A stretch of 64,000 nt of DNA from the human T2T-CHM13v2.0 reference genome, Homo sapiens: the NCBI RefSeq assembly GCF_009914755.1, contig NC_060929.1; one strand, written 5' to 3'. Both the position numbers and the translations under genes were made by a program. The notes under the pieces are model-generated. The model was not told where the DNA came from. It did no database searches and saw nothing but the letters and a program-made list of their open reading frames with translations. The first letter of the stretch is position 1. Each line of letters begins with the position of its first letter. Below are positions 27,831 through 41,760 of this stretch, one piece after another.

Positions 27831-28561
27831 CAGTGGGCTGCCCTGGCCTATCAGCAACAATCCTCCAAGTCCAACAGCACAGAGACCAGTAGAGATGCTA
27901 GAGCAACAGCCACATTTGAGGGAGAAGCTTTCTGATCTAGAATGAAAGGACAGGGATAGAGGAATTCATATGTGTAAAAAATGAGCTTCCAGGAAAAGAA
28001 AAAGAGCAACAGAAGTAGTAAAATAAAGAGAAGAAACCAGGCAAGGAAGATGAGATCAGATTTAACACTTTGTTCATTTCCCAATATACCACAAATATTC
28101 AATAAATATTTGGTTAATATTAATATTAATTAATATTCAATTAAAATGTATCAATTTAATAAACAGGTCTGGGCTCTGACTAGATGAAGTTTTAAATATA
28201 TAGTTTGCAATATGTCATAATCTCCTAACCAAATGTTTATATTTTGAATTTAAATTTTTTTAATGTAGCTGTCATTTTAGTGGACCAAACCAGGCTAATG
28301 ATAACTATTTGTTATCTGGCCTTTGTTCTGACTTCAATTCTGTTAGAAATGTACAAGATTTCATTCATTATAGTGGGAATGTCAATGTAGTTGATTTCAC
28401 CTGGAATACAGAGATGCTCCTGCAAAACTAAAAATATAAACCACTAAGCCTAGAAAAACATTCATTTTCATTTTTTTCTCTCTCTTTTTGAAGTCTCCTT
28501 GAATGTTCCTTTGCCTCTTTGTTATTTTAGAGTTTCTTTGGGGTTTTTTTGGGGGGGGGGT

Positions 28562-28884
28562 TTGGGGTTTTTTTGTTTTGTTTTTGTTTTGTTTTGTTTT
28601 GTTTGAGACAGAGTCTCACTGCTGCCCAGACTGGAGTGCAGTGACATGATCTTGGCTCACTGCAACCTCTGCCTCTGGGGTTGAAGTGATTCTCATGCCT
28701 CTGCCTCCCAAATAGCTGGGATTACAGGCGCGTGTCACCACATCTGGCTAATTTTTGTGTTTTCAGTAGAAGCGGGATTTCATCATGTTGGCCAGGCTGG
28801 TCTCAAATTCCTGGCCTCAAGTGATCTGCCCACCTCGGCCTCCCAAATTGCTGGGCTTACAGTCATAAGTCACCAGACCAGGCC
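28562..28884 (-). mobile_element. AluS (Sz-like) with (TTTTG)n tail
   Basis: GAGACAGAGTCTCAC...CCAGGCC. Confidence 0.93.
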
Positions 28885-28892
28885 TTTTGTGG

Positions 28893-30073
28893 GTTTTTTA
28901 AATTTCAGTTTTTATTTTAGATAAACATGTGCAAGTTTGTTACATGGCAATATTGTGTGATGCTAAGGTTTGGGGTACAGATCCCATCACCCAGTTAGTG
29001 AGCATAATACATGATAGGTAGTTTTTCAGCCTGTGCCCATCTTCTTGCCTCCCCCATCTAGTAGTCCACAGGGTTTATTGTTCCCATGTTTATGTCCATG
29101 TGTGCTCAATGTTTAGCTCCCACTTATTAGTGAAAGCATGCAGTATTTGGTTTTCTGTTCCTGCATTAATTTGCTTAGGATTATGGCCTCCAACTGCATC
29201 TATCTTGCTGCAAAAAAACATGATTTCATTCTTTTTGATGGCTACATAGTATTCCATGATATATATGTACCACATTTTCTTTATCCAATCTATCATTGAT
29301 AGGTACCTAGGTTGATTCCATGTCTTTGTATTGTAAATAGCATAGTGATGAACATAAGTGCCTGTCTTTTTGGTAGACTGATTTATTTCCCTTTGGCTAT
29401 AGACCCAGTAATGGGACTGCTAGGTCTAATGGTAGCTCTGTTTTCAGTTATTTGAGAAATATCTAGACTGCTTTCCACAGTAGACAGACTAATTTACATT
29501 CCTACCAACAGTATATAAGCATTCCCTTTTCTCTGCAGCTTTGCCAGCATCTGTTGCGGTTTGACTTTTTGATAATAGCCATTCTGACTGGTGTGAGATG
29601 GAATCTCACTGCAGTTTTCATTTGCATTTCTCCAATGATTAGTAATGTCGAGCATCTTTTCACATGTTTGTTGGCCACTGTATGTCTTCTTCTGAGAAGT
29701 GTCTGTTCATATCCTTTGTGCACATTTTTAAATAGGGTTCTTTGGGTTTGCTTGTTGATTTCTCTCAGTTCTCTATAGACTGTGGATATTAGGCCTTTGT
29801 CAGATACATAGTTTGTGAATATCTTCTGCTGCTCTGTAGGTTGTCTGTTTACTCTGTTGATAGTTTATTTTGCTGTGCAGAAGCTCTTCAGTTTAATTAG
29901 GTCCCACTTGCCTATTTTTGTTTTTGTCGCTATTGCTTTGGGGTTCTTAGCCAAAAATTATTTGTCAAGATCAATGTCAAGAAGAGTATTTCCTAGGTTT
30001 TCATCTAGTATTTTTATAGTTTGAGGTCTTATATTTGAATCTTTGGTCCATTTTGAGTTAATTTTTGTATATG
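28893..30073 (-). mobile_element. L1PA (about PA15-16) 3' 1.2 kb, antisense
   Basis: Minus-strand ORF2 C-terminus ([14 protein letters not shown]; IDWIKKMWYIY) and 3'UTR. Confidence 0.92.
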
Positions 30074-30691
30074 CCACCTAAAAGACATAGATGCTGCCTT
30101 CAAGAGACCTATCTCACATATATTGACACCCACGGGCTTAAAGAGAAGGACTGGAGAAAGAACTACCATGCAAAAGAAAAACAAAGAGCAGAAGTTGCTA
30201 CTCTTATATCAGACAAAACAGACATTAAACCTTTAACACTTAAAAAGGACATTACATAATTATAAAGGGTACAATCCATCTAAAAGTCTTAACTATCCTA
30301 AATCAATACACACCCAACATTGGAGCACCCAGATTCATAAAACAAGTTCTTTGTGAACTACGAAAACACTTAGCCACACAATAGTAGTGGAAGACTTCAA
30401 AACTCCACTGACAGCATTAGGCAGATCATCGAGACAGAAAACTAACAATGAAACTCTGGACTTAAATTCAATGCTTGACCAATTGGACCTAATAGACATC
30501 TACAGAACACTTCACCCAACAACCACAGAATATACATTATTCTTATGTGCACACAGAATATAGTCTAAGATCGACCACATGCCAGGTCATAAAGCAAGTC
30601 TCAATAAATTCCAAAAAATCGAAATCACACCAAGCATACTCTCAGACTACAGTGCAATAAAACCAGAAATCAATATCAAGAAGATCTCTCA
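30071..30691 (+). mobile_element. L1 endonuclease-domain segment, inverted relative to the adjoining L1 3' piece
   Basis: CCLQETYLT, GACTTCAAAACTCCACTGACAGCATTAG, HKASLNKFQKIEI. Confidence 0.9.
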
Positions 30692-30991
30692 TTTATCAAT
30701 ATTGAAGGAAGGGATTTCTGAACTCCAGTGCTTTATATCTCAGAATAAAAGCATTTGGTCTCCCAGGTTCAATAGCTAAGCTTAAGCTGGAATCCAGAAA
30801 CATTACCAAGGAACACTCAGGTTTCACCAACTATGGTTAAAAGTAGGTTTTATAGTTGTTGCACTTGATTTTTTGTTTGTTTGTGTAGCTTTTTAAAATC
30901 CTACCTGAAATAGTGGGCTTTATTTGGATTAATAAGAAACCCAAAGTAAACTTAGTAGGCATTAAATTTTTCAAGCCAGGTGGATGCTATG

Positions 30992-31097
30992 GGAAAGGAA
31001 GAAGGGAAGGAAGACAGCAAGGAAGGAAGGGAAGGAGAAAGACAGAGAGACAGACAGGGAGGGAGTGAGGGAGGGAAGAAGAGAAGGAGGAAGGAAA
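30992..31097. repeat. Purine-rich (GGAA/GAGA) low-complexity tract
   Basis: Direct reading. Confidence 0.85.
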
Positions 31098-31674
31098 CTT
31101 CACAATATGTTGATGATAGTGTTTTCTACCCATTTTTATTTCCCTGTTCATTTTTATTCCCTTTCTTGTTTGGCTCATGTATTCCTAAAACATTGCAAGA
31201 GTCTTCTCCAAAACAAGGAGCTTGCATCTCAGGATTTACAATCTTATTAGGATCCTTAGTCTTGCCTATAGCCTCTACTAGAAAGTGAGCTACAGGAAGG
31301 CAGTAGACACATGCTTGATGCATGGTAGTCACTCACAAAACTAAATAAATTAATGAAGAAATAAACATATGAAAATGGCTGCATTCTGAAGCAAATGAAC
31401 TCAACAATAATATATCGTGCATGTTCTAGGTTTCCCAAACTTCAGATATCTACATTCTATTATAATAAGTTTCATATATTATATTATAATATAATATAAA
31501 TATTATAATATTTTTCTTCATACTGCTCCATGGTTTTACTAAATAAGGATTCATTTGAAAGAAAATTTTATATGACTATAGTAAATGCAAAACCATTGTC
31601 AGTTAACATAAATGGCCAGCAACTGTGAAAACAAATACAATAAATGTTTGATTCCTTGACCTGATGGATGGTTT

Positions 31675-31851
31675 TGTTTTTTATAATACCTTTATTAATA
31701 TATGTCACCTACCATACAATTCACTCATTTAAAATATACAAGACAATGGGTTATCATATATTCACAGTTGTGCAATCATCACCACACTATTTTGGGAGCA
31801 CTTCCATCACACCAAAAAGAAACCCAGTACCCATTAGCACTCACTCCCCCA
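31675..31851 (-). mobile_element. L1MB 3' terminal fragment
   Basis: CCATACAATTCACTCATTTAAAATATACA...CCAAAAAGAAACCCAGTACCCATTAGC. Confidence 0.85.
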
Positions 31852-31905
31852 GTAATTATTTTTAAACTATACAGATATATAATATACTGTATGTCGTCTT
31901 CTATC

Positions 31906-31923
31906 ACTCTCTCTCTCTCTCTC

Positions 31924-31972
<49 letters not shown>

Positions 31973-32093
31973 TATACACATATATATAAAACCTTATACT
32001 GATATATACAGGTATATACATCTTTTATACATACATAAAAATGTAAAGTAAAAATTATATAGTATATATGCATGTGTGTATATATATAGAGAT

Positions 32094-32125
<32 letters not shown>

Positions 32126-32133
32126 CCACACAC
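31906..32133. repeat. Compound (CT)n(AT)n(AC)n and (AT)n(CA)n microsatellites
   Basis: Direct reading. Confidence 0.9.
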
Positions 32134-32170
32134 ATCAACACATCAGTGTAAGGTAAAAATGATTATTCTA

Positions 32171-32474
<304 letters not shown>

Positions 32475-34170
32475 TTAGTGGTATTAAATTCTAACTAGAT
32501 ATTGATATGCTAAAGGCTTTGGGCTGAAGCCCCCTTTCTCTGAAAGGCTAGTACATGTTAGGGATAAGGGCTTCAGACCAGCCCCAACAGAGGGTTCCTC
32601 TTCCAAGCAATCAAAATAATTTAAAAAGAAATGAAATAGGAATAGCCTTCTCACCAAGTGATTCAAAGTTATTTAATGTCTGTCCATGTGCCCCAAAGTC
32701 ATCTCTCATATGCCGGTGTTATGTATTATACTCACAAAAACACTGTGCTAGCTGTTCTCACACCAGATCTGATTCTAGAAAAGTCTTGACTACTCAGTAA
32801 TTATATAGTAGAGGAATATGCAAAGTTTGACTGTAGATATTTCACTATACTGTTTCATAACCCCACTTGGCAAATGTGCCTCATGGAATTGCAGTGTGCT
32901 TCTCTACCCTTCTGCACTCAAAAGTTGGGTCCTCAATCCAGAACTGCAATTAGTTTGCTGTTCGAGTCCAGCAATCTTGTCTACAGCCCTTACCTTAAAG
33001 AAGATGAAATTTAGATCACAGTGACTGTAAATCAAATCTTTCACAGTGTGCCTGTGTATCTTGGTCAATCAATCAACAGGTTTTATTCGTTTCTTGCTGT
33101 ACTGGGAGGAACAGAGGAGGGCAGAGGAAAGCGTAATGTATTTTCTCCCCCTATAGCTTTTAAGTTCTCACTGCATGAATTTCCTTTTCTCTCTGCAGAA
33201 TCACAGGTGAATGACAGTTCCACAACACCACACAAGCTTCCTGAACATTAGTCCCCAGTGGAATCGGATGCAAGTATTTCTTCCCCTTTTGTGGGTAAAA
33301 TCCAGACTCCCTTTGTTCAGGGATGTGCATCAAACACTAAGCCTCTTGAGTCCACATATCAAGGATCACAAATTCCTTGATTAAAAAACAAAGCCCATTC
33401 ATGGAACTGGAGGTGGTCAGGGAGCAGACTGTTTGCCATAACTACGATAAAAGCTAGCAAAGAAGTGGGTAGAAAAGTCATTCTTCCCCCTAACAGATGA
33501 GTCGTCCCTCAGAAAATTGATGACTTTAGAACATCTTACATTCAAAAAGGCAAAAGTTTGGGGGATTTTGTAGGAAATGATAGCTTCCCACAAATTAGTT
33601 TTTAAATTGAATTTTTCACTCTTGAGATATTTGATAAACTTCTGTCTTTCCCACTAAAAATCATGCCAAAAAATAATCCATATGACCATTTACCTGAGCC
33701 ATGGTTTACCTATGGCAAGTTTACATCCAAAGTTCAACCTATTATAAAAAAGTTTGTTTAGGATGAAATGCTTTGCAAATTAGCATCTTCTAATTCCAAA
33801 AACAAATCCTAATTTAAATTTTTCTTTGGAATTGTAAAGACAATATACTCACATAAATATCAAAATATTTAAAATGTGAGTGTGGAGGAGGGGCAGAGGA
33901 TTTTAACAGCCATTCAAGAGGGTTAGGCATGAGACCTAGGTTCTTCTCCTGTTGCAAATGCTTTCTCTGTCTTTGATTCATTCTCCACCTTCTATGATTT
34001 AGAATATATTTCCCTGAATGAGAAAAGAGTAATTGCTAATAAGCAATTTAGCCTGAGATATGCAATGGAATTGACACCAAAGTTGGTTTCTTTCTACTAA
34101 GTGTACTGATAAGTTTTGATAATACAATATATATTTCAGATATATTTGTATTTGCTTATAAATTAACATA

Positions 34171-35114
34171 CAGGTTGAGCATCCCTAATCCCAAAATTTG
34201 AAACCCAAAATGCTCCAAAATCTGAAACATCTTGAACACCAACATGACACCACAAGTGCAAAATTCCACACCAGCTTCATCTGTGACAGGCACATGATGC
34301 AGTTTGCTCAGCATCCCCAAGGAAAGACACCCTTCCAACCCACTTCAGCTGCTATTGTTTAACAGTTGATACAAGCCAGGCGCAGTGGCTCACACCTGTA
34401 ATCCCAGCACTTTGGGACCTAGGCTGGCAGACCACTTGACCTCAGAAGTTCGAGACCAGGCAGGCCAACATGGTGAAACCCCCTCTCTATTACAAATACA
34501 AAAATTAGCCGGAAATCACTTGAACTCAGGAGGCGGAGGTTGCAGTGAGCCGAGATTGTGCCACTGCACTCCAGCCTGGGCAACAGAGCGAGACTCCATC
34601 TCAAAAAAAAAACAAAAACAAAAACAAAATAGTTGATACGGGTATTCTGGTGATTATACTGTTCTGTTTAGTTAACCTGAACACATCATTTTTTTCACTG
34701 TATTAATGGTACATCACATTTTTTACTGTTAAGTATTTATGTGTGAATAAGTGTAGGAAAACAATTATTTATCAGTAGCATATAATATAAATTCAGAGTC
34801 CGGAGTGACAGTGATGCCAAACAACCACATGGTTGGCTGAAATAGTGACACCTTTGCTTCCTGATGGTTCAATGTACACAGACTTTGTTTCAGTTTCACA
34901 CACAAAATTGTTAAAAGTATTGTATAAAATTACCTTCAGGCTATGTGAACAGGGTATATATGAAGCATAAATAAAATCTGTGTTTAGACTTGGGTGAATT
35001 CCAAAGATATCTCATTATGTATATGTATATGCCAATATTCCAAAATCTGAAAAAAAATCCAAAATCTGAAACACTTCAGTTTCCAAGCATTTTGGATAAG
35101 GGATACTCAACCTG
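34171..35114 (+). mobile_element. Tigger4/MER46 (Zombi)-like TcMar non-autonomous element containing an Alu
   Basis: TIRs CAGGTTGAGCATCCCT / AGGGATACTCAACCTG; TA at the left end. Confidence 0.88.
34374..34628 (+). mobile_element. AluS with internal deletion of the start of the right arm
   Basis: TTAGCCGG jumps to AAATCACTTGAAC; TSD AAYAGTTGATAC. Confidence 0.93.
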
Positions 35115-38100
35115 AAATTTATAATTATGGAGTCACACTTTACATGTGAGCAACATAAGTGAATCAGAAGTGTGATAGATAACTGAAATATATCCCTGAG
35201 ATATAAAAACAATATAAACATGAATTTAACATGGTAACTATAGATAAGCATACTTCAGAGCTGCAAATTGTCTTAGTAAATGTGTTTTAGGAGCCAATAC
35301 TATTTGTATACTTTATGATGGGAAACTAATAACAGAAGTTCAGGGGAAAAAAATAGTGATATTTTTACCGTCAGTTCACGTGCATTTTAAGAGGCAATGT
35401 GACCGTCATTCAGGGGCATGTCTGGGTTCCTGAATGTTTCCTTTGTCCTGTTTACTATCCACATAGCCTGGACTTCAAATTTAGCACAACTCATGGTTCA
35501 GTTTTAACCTCATAATTCCCACATTTTTACAGCTCAGTATTTCTTTCAGTTTTGTAATGTGAATTTATAATCCATTCACACAAACCAAACATGAGACAAC
35601 AGTCTCTAGTTTTTCAACCTATTTTAACTCCCCTTTTTAAAATTAGTTTGTACCACCCAAAAATAATGCCAACTAATGTCAGAATATGGCACTTAGTAGC
35701 TTTGGCCATTGAATATGTGCCTATATTCCTTAAAATTCTATCTTTTCACATGTCTGGTAGCTGATGACTTAGAAAGCAGAGTTATTAGCAAACCAAATCT
35801 TTAACAAGACTAGAGGAAGGAGCATATCACCTGGTACATTTTCAAAATTCGAACCCCACAAGTAATCTCAAAAACCTCAAACTCTGAGGGTGGCTATAAC
35901 TCATATTTTATTTTCAAATGTATAAAACATTTGGTGTATTCTTATCAATTGCCTACTTAGATAGATTGTCCAAGTATAAGAGCTTTTAATTTTCCAGTCA
36001 ATATAGTCATATTTTTCCTCCCACAAAAAATATGAGCCATAAATTACATCCTAAATTCCTGTTCCTCGATCCCATCCTGGTCCACAGTTTCCTGCCTTTT
36101 AAAAGATTTACCTAACACCACTTGTCCACCTAAGTTGCCCAGCCCTGTTTTTGAAACTAAATAAAGGTGGGAACTTAAGCCACTATCAACATCCACAGCA
36201 ATCTGTTGCTCAGGAGGCCAATCTTGGTTTCTGGAAGGAGCAGCCCTCTCTCTTCACCATGTCAGGTCAGTGTAAAGAATCCCTTCAGTAATTTTAATGT
36301 ATTTATTCAAGAAGATCCTTTTGAAAGAAAAGCGTTGGCCCAGGATGAAAGCAGATTCATAACTAAAGACCCACAGTCTTTAAGTTTTACAATAAGCCAT
36401 GCTTAAGAAATCAAAAAGACTACCATGAGAGAGGATATTAATGAGAAAACACAGTATGTTAGAAAGTGTCAGAGGGCAGACGGGTAGAGGAAGCAAAAAC
36501 AAAATGCATGGAGAGGGCCAGAAAGAAGCAGGAAGAACCACTGGGTGATTCTTTATGTGGGCCAGTTATATAATTCTGCAGAAAGAGCTTCAACTGCCCT
36601 CACTTGCCTGGCTAGATTTTTGCATACTCAGCTGGTAATATTCAAGAATAATTGTTCAGCAACTCTAATCAGATGGAACGCCCCTGGATCTTAGGTTCTC
36701 TCAGCCACTCTGAAAATACTAGGCAGGCAGCTTTTGTCTATTGAAGAATGAGGATGAAAGTATTTGCCAAGATGGAGAGTAGTTTAAAGTGTAGGGTTGT
36801 CCAGCTGGCAAAGCCATGAAAAAAAAAAGGTGCATGTTTTAAGACTGGCACTGGAATTGGTCTTGAAGTTCTACCTACTATCTCAGCGGTTACCTTAGAG
36901 GAAGTGCTTGTATGCCACTGCACTACATGATCATGACCTTTTCAAGCAGTTAGCTCATTCCAGATACTGCAGCCAAAGACTAAAATTTTTAATGAGCTAG
37001 AACAATCTGTGGCATTGTAAAAACTCTGCAGATTGAATAAGCAATGGTAATTAACAGTGAATTATATATCAGCCAGTCAAACACATACACCTTTCTCTTC
37101 ACTAGCTACTTCCATCTCTTGCATAGTTAAGTCTTCCCTGATGGGCACTAGTCAGTGAGAAGGCACAGAATTCCCTAATTTCCATCTGCCTATCCACAGT
37201 TACCACCACCTCTCAGGGTGACACCCTGAGGGTCATGGGATGGGATAAGTAGAGGGAAAATCAGGCTCTCGGGGATAAAGCCAGGTAGTTTTCTACTCCA
37301 TGAGGCTGATTGTAATAGTAGTTTGGGCTGCAAGGGAACGAAGTGAGATGGAAATCCAAAGCAAGCTGAAGAGAAAGAACCAAAGGCTTGGTTGGTGGAC
37401 ACAGAAAGCCAAAGTTCTCTTATTAACATGGAGGTCATGGAGGTCGGGGAGGTCCCAGAAATCTGTAAGGTATCAGATAAAGCCCCCCAAAAGGCTGAGA
37501 CCAGAACAACATGTAAACTAAACCAGCCAAAAGACTGCAATTTGAGACAAATAGCCAATATATGACAAGAGAAGCAGGAAGATCAGCTTCTCTGCAAAGA
37601 CCAGCTGCAAACCAGGCTGAACAAGGTCTGGAGTCTGTACAGAGGAAAGATTTGCTAGCTTGGGAGGCTGGCAAGGGGACTGGCAAGGGAAGACTTGGGC
37701 CTTAACATAGAAGAGGCCCAAGGCCTAAAGTATGAAGAAAGGGATGTCAACCAAGAATGCCAAGACAGGAAGGCACACACACAGGATACTAGGAACAAAA
37801 GAAGAGAACCGAGTGTCTTGACATCCTAGAAACAGAGGTTCTAGGTTTATGAGGAATCTGGCTTCCAGTCATGGGACCACACCTTGCCGAGGACTGAAAG
37901 GATCCAGTTCCACCTCATCTGCTCCACCACCCTCCATCTCTCCTGTTCTTTTATCCTCTAGTCTGCTTTTCTAAAGTCATGTTAGCATAGGGAATATCTC
38001 CTCATTTTCCTTCCTGTCATTTCTTCCTCCTTTTCTTTTCTCTCCTTTTGTGCTTTCTCTCCTTTATCTCCTTCTCCCTCCTTCTACTCTAACCTTCAAT

Positions 38101-39816
38101 ACTATAATTTTATAAATGTGGAATTTTGACAAATTATTCTAGTAGGGAGAGTAGGGGAAATGCAGAAATGACATTGAAGTGAGTAAAATTTGTGCTACTC
38201 CTATATGACTTCAGAAAACAAATAGATGAAAATATATTTACAAGGCTGTTCACATGACTTTTTCCCAGCTCACCTTCCAGGGCCGACACATTACCTTTAT
38301 TTAGTCTACCAGCAATGCCTGTGAGAACCACACCTTTGAAAGTTACAACAACAGCTCATCCACAACCCAAAAACTAAGTAGACTTCACACTTGTTGGAGA
38401 CCATCTTCCCATGGTTCCAAACCAGGTCAAACGTTAGAGTCAAATAAAACAACTTCTCTTTCATCGTCTCTTCTATTGCCTTTTGTACTTAGAATTCTAT
38501 CTTTCTCTTTTAGTAATCACCTGTATATTTCTTCTGTATGTTTTAAATGTTTATATTTTACACTTAACCCTTTAACATTTGGGGGATTTATTTTTATATA
38601 TAAGGGTGGGAGGGAGACTAACTTTAACTTGTCTCCTAACATTGTTTGTAAACTAACCCATTCTTTTCCCACTGGTTTATAATTTTTGATATACTGGGTT
38701 CCTACTAATATCCTATTAAAAATAACAAAATAATCCCCTTTCCCTGTGGTTACTTAAGAGCAATGAGAATTTCAGGAAGCCTATGGTCTCTCTCTGTGGC
38801 CACCAGCACATGATTAATATAATTGATCACTTATGCTTAGCAAAATGCATAAAGGGTAGTATCCTCATGAGAACTTTTGGTTGCTCACGCTCTACTAGAA
38901 TCTTTGGGCTGCCACAAATGAAATCCAGGACGTTTGTTTCTAGGTTTTATGCCCCTTTGAAAAATTCAAAGCCAGGTAACTAAGATGATGTAAAGCAACC
39001 TCAGAGAGAATCCTTCTCACTCTGTAACAGTTGTGTTCTTTGCAGGAGACATACAGCTGATACTCTTTGTTTAGGTTTTATCTTCATTCTCCAATGTCTC
39101 TCTCACTGGGATCTGCAGATCTAAAAGGAGACAAATCAAATTCTACATTGGGGGAAGGTGTGCTCAGCCACAACATAGTACTAATTTCATTTAGATGGGC
39201 AATAATCATCTATTGAGATCTTCCCACCAAGAACCGTGGCTGTCTGAGACCAGGAAGATGCAGCAGGATGTCTAAGGACCTGTAATATAAAAACCAACCT
39301 CCTTGTCCCAGTTCCTTTAACAATCTGAGCAATTAGGTCATTAAAGACAACAAAATCAGTATCACAAAAAAGGGAACTTCATAATATATGGAGAATAAAT
39401 GAGCTTGCCCATTTTTGGTTTGTTTTTAATAGAAATATCACTGCACTCTGGCGGAAAGACCAGTTAGAAAAAGTTGGCTCTGACTTCCTGATAAATTCCC
39501 AGGTGTAGATGCAACACAGGTTACAAGCAAAAAGTGATGGTACTAACTGTGCTAAGAGAATCATAAATCATTACGGTTTGGAAATGAAATTGACATTTCA
39601 TAATAAAAAAAAAATTCAAACTAGCTACTAGCAATAACTAGAGTCCCCACAGAAAATTCCTATCAAGATCTGCAAATCATCTTGTCAATTATGACTTTCA
39701 CGCTTCAAAATTCCTCAAGTTGCTCAGTCTCCTTCCGTACTTGGGACTAATTAAACAATCCTTCTCTTCCTTCCACAGTTCACATAGCAGTGTAATCTAT
39801 ATTTACATCATAAGGG

Positions 39817-39860
39817 TTTGTGCGTGTATGTGTGTGTGTGTGTGTGTGTGGGTGTGTGTG
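39817..39860. repeat. (TG)n microsatellite
   Basis: Direct reading. Confidence 0.95.
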
Positions 39861-40354
39861 ACAGAAAGAGATAGAGTTACTGGTTGATTCTGAGAATTAA
39901 TTCAGGTTTATGCTGTGTACTATTGCCTCACAATTTGAAAATAATCTCCAACAATTAATGAGGCCACAATCCCAAACTCATAAAGATTAAAAAGAGAGAG
40001 AAAGAGAGAGACTCTTTAAACTCCAAACTCACAGAACAGATAAATTTGTGGTTCTTTATATCTAAAAAGGGGGTTCTTTACTTTCTAAAAGTTTTACTGC
40101 TAGATTCCTTTAAATAAAAATTTCCCTTGGAGCATTTAAAATGATTTACATTTCCAAAAATTCAATTGACAACTTTTTACATAAACAGCTATTGCACAAG
40201 GAAAAGGAAACTTTCACATATGTTTACTTTCAAACCATATCATTTACAGCTGAGTGTGCTAAAAATCTGAGACAGAAATCTAAGAACCATCTCAGAAGGA
40301 TAGTTCATCTTGGAGGGAGCGTTGGTGAGAAAGTCCTGGTCAGCTAAACATTTA

Positions 40355-40718
<364 letters not shown>

Positions 40719-41356
40719 TCAAATGGCTGGAAAAAAAAAAAGTTTTCCTCTGTAACCAGGTAATGTTTATGCTGACAGCCTATGGTCTGACTATGCATGG
40801 CAACCTGGTCTCAGGGCAAGATTGGCACAGCAACAGCCCACAACCCTCACCCACCTGAGCTGTGGATAGCTCAAGACCACAGATCATGGCTAGTGGCAGC
40901 AGGCACAATGAAACCAGCGTGATCTGACTTAGGCAAATGTGTTATTCTTTAGGGAAGTCATAGAGGTAGCACAATAAAAGAAGGCAACACTCAACCCAAC
41001 AAAGTTTATCTTCAATGATGGCATCATCGACCCTGATGATCCAGCAGAGAATTTAATAACCTCATTAATGTTCATAAAATCACACCAGGTGGGTAACCAG
41101 TAAATCTGTCCAACTGGTAATGTCACAGTTGAATGAAAGATCCAGGGAGGATAATGACAGCAGAAAAAATGTGTCACCCTAGAACTAGCCTAGAAGTTGG
41201 GGTGGAGAAAGTATGAATTTGGGCCAAAGTTCACATTGAAACAATTGCAGAAAGAGCACAAGGCTAATTGTAGACAAATCATAATACTGAAATATGGTGT
41301 GTGGAGCTCTTAGGACAAAGCATCGAAAAAAGACACAATGCTTAGAGTCCAGTTCA

Positions 41357-41760
<404 letters not shown>

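Noticed and set aside
40981-41100. Short open frame KATLNPTKFIFNDGIIDPDDPAENL ending at CAG|GTGGGT
   Set aside because: No upstream acceptor or start codon and no recognisable homology; likely chance.
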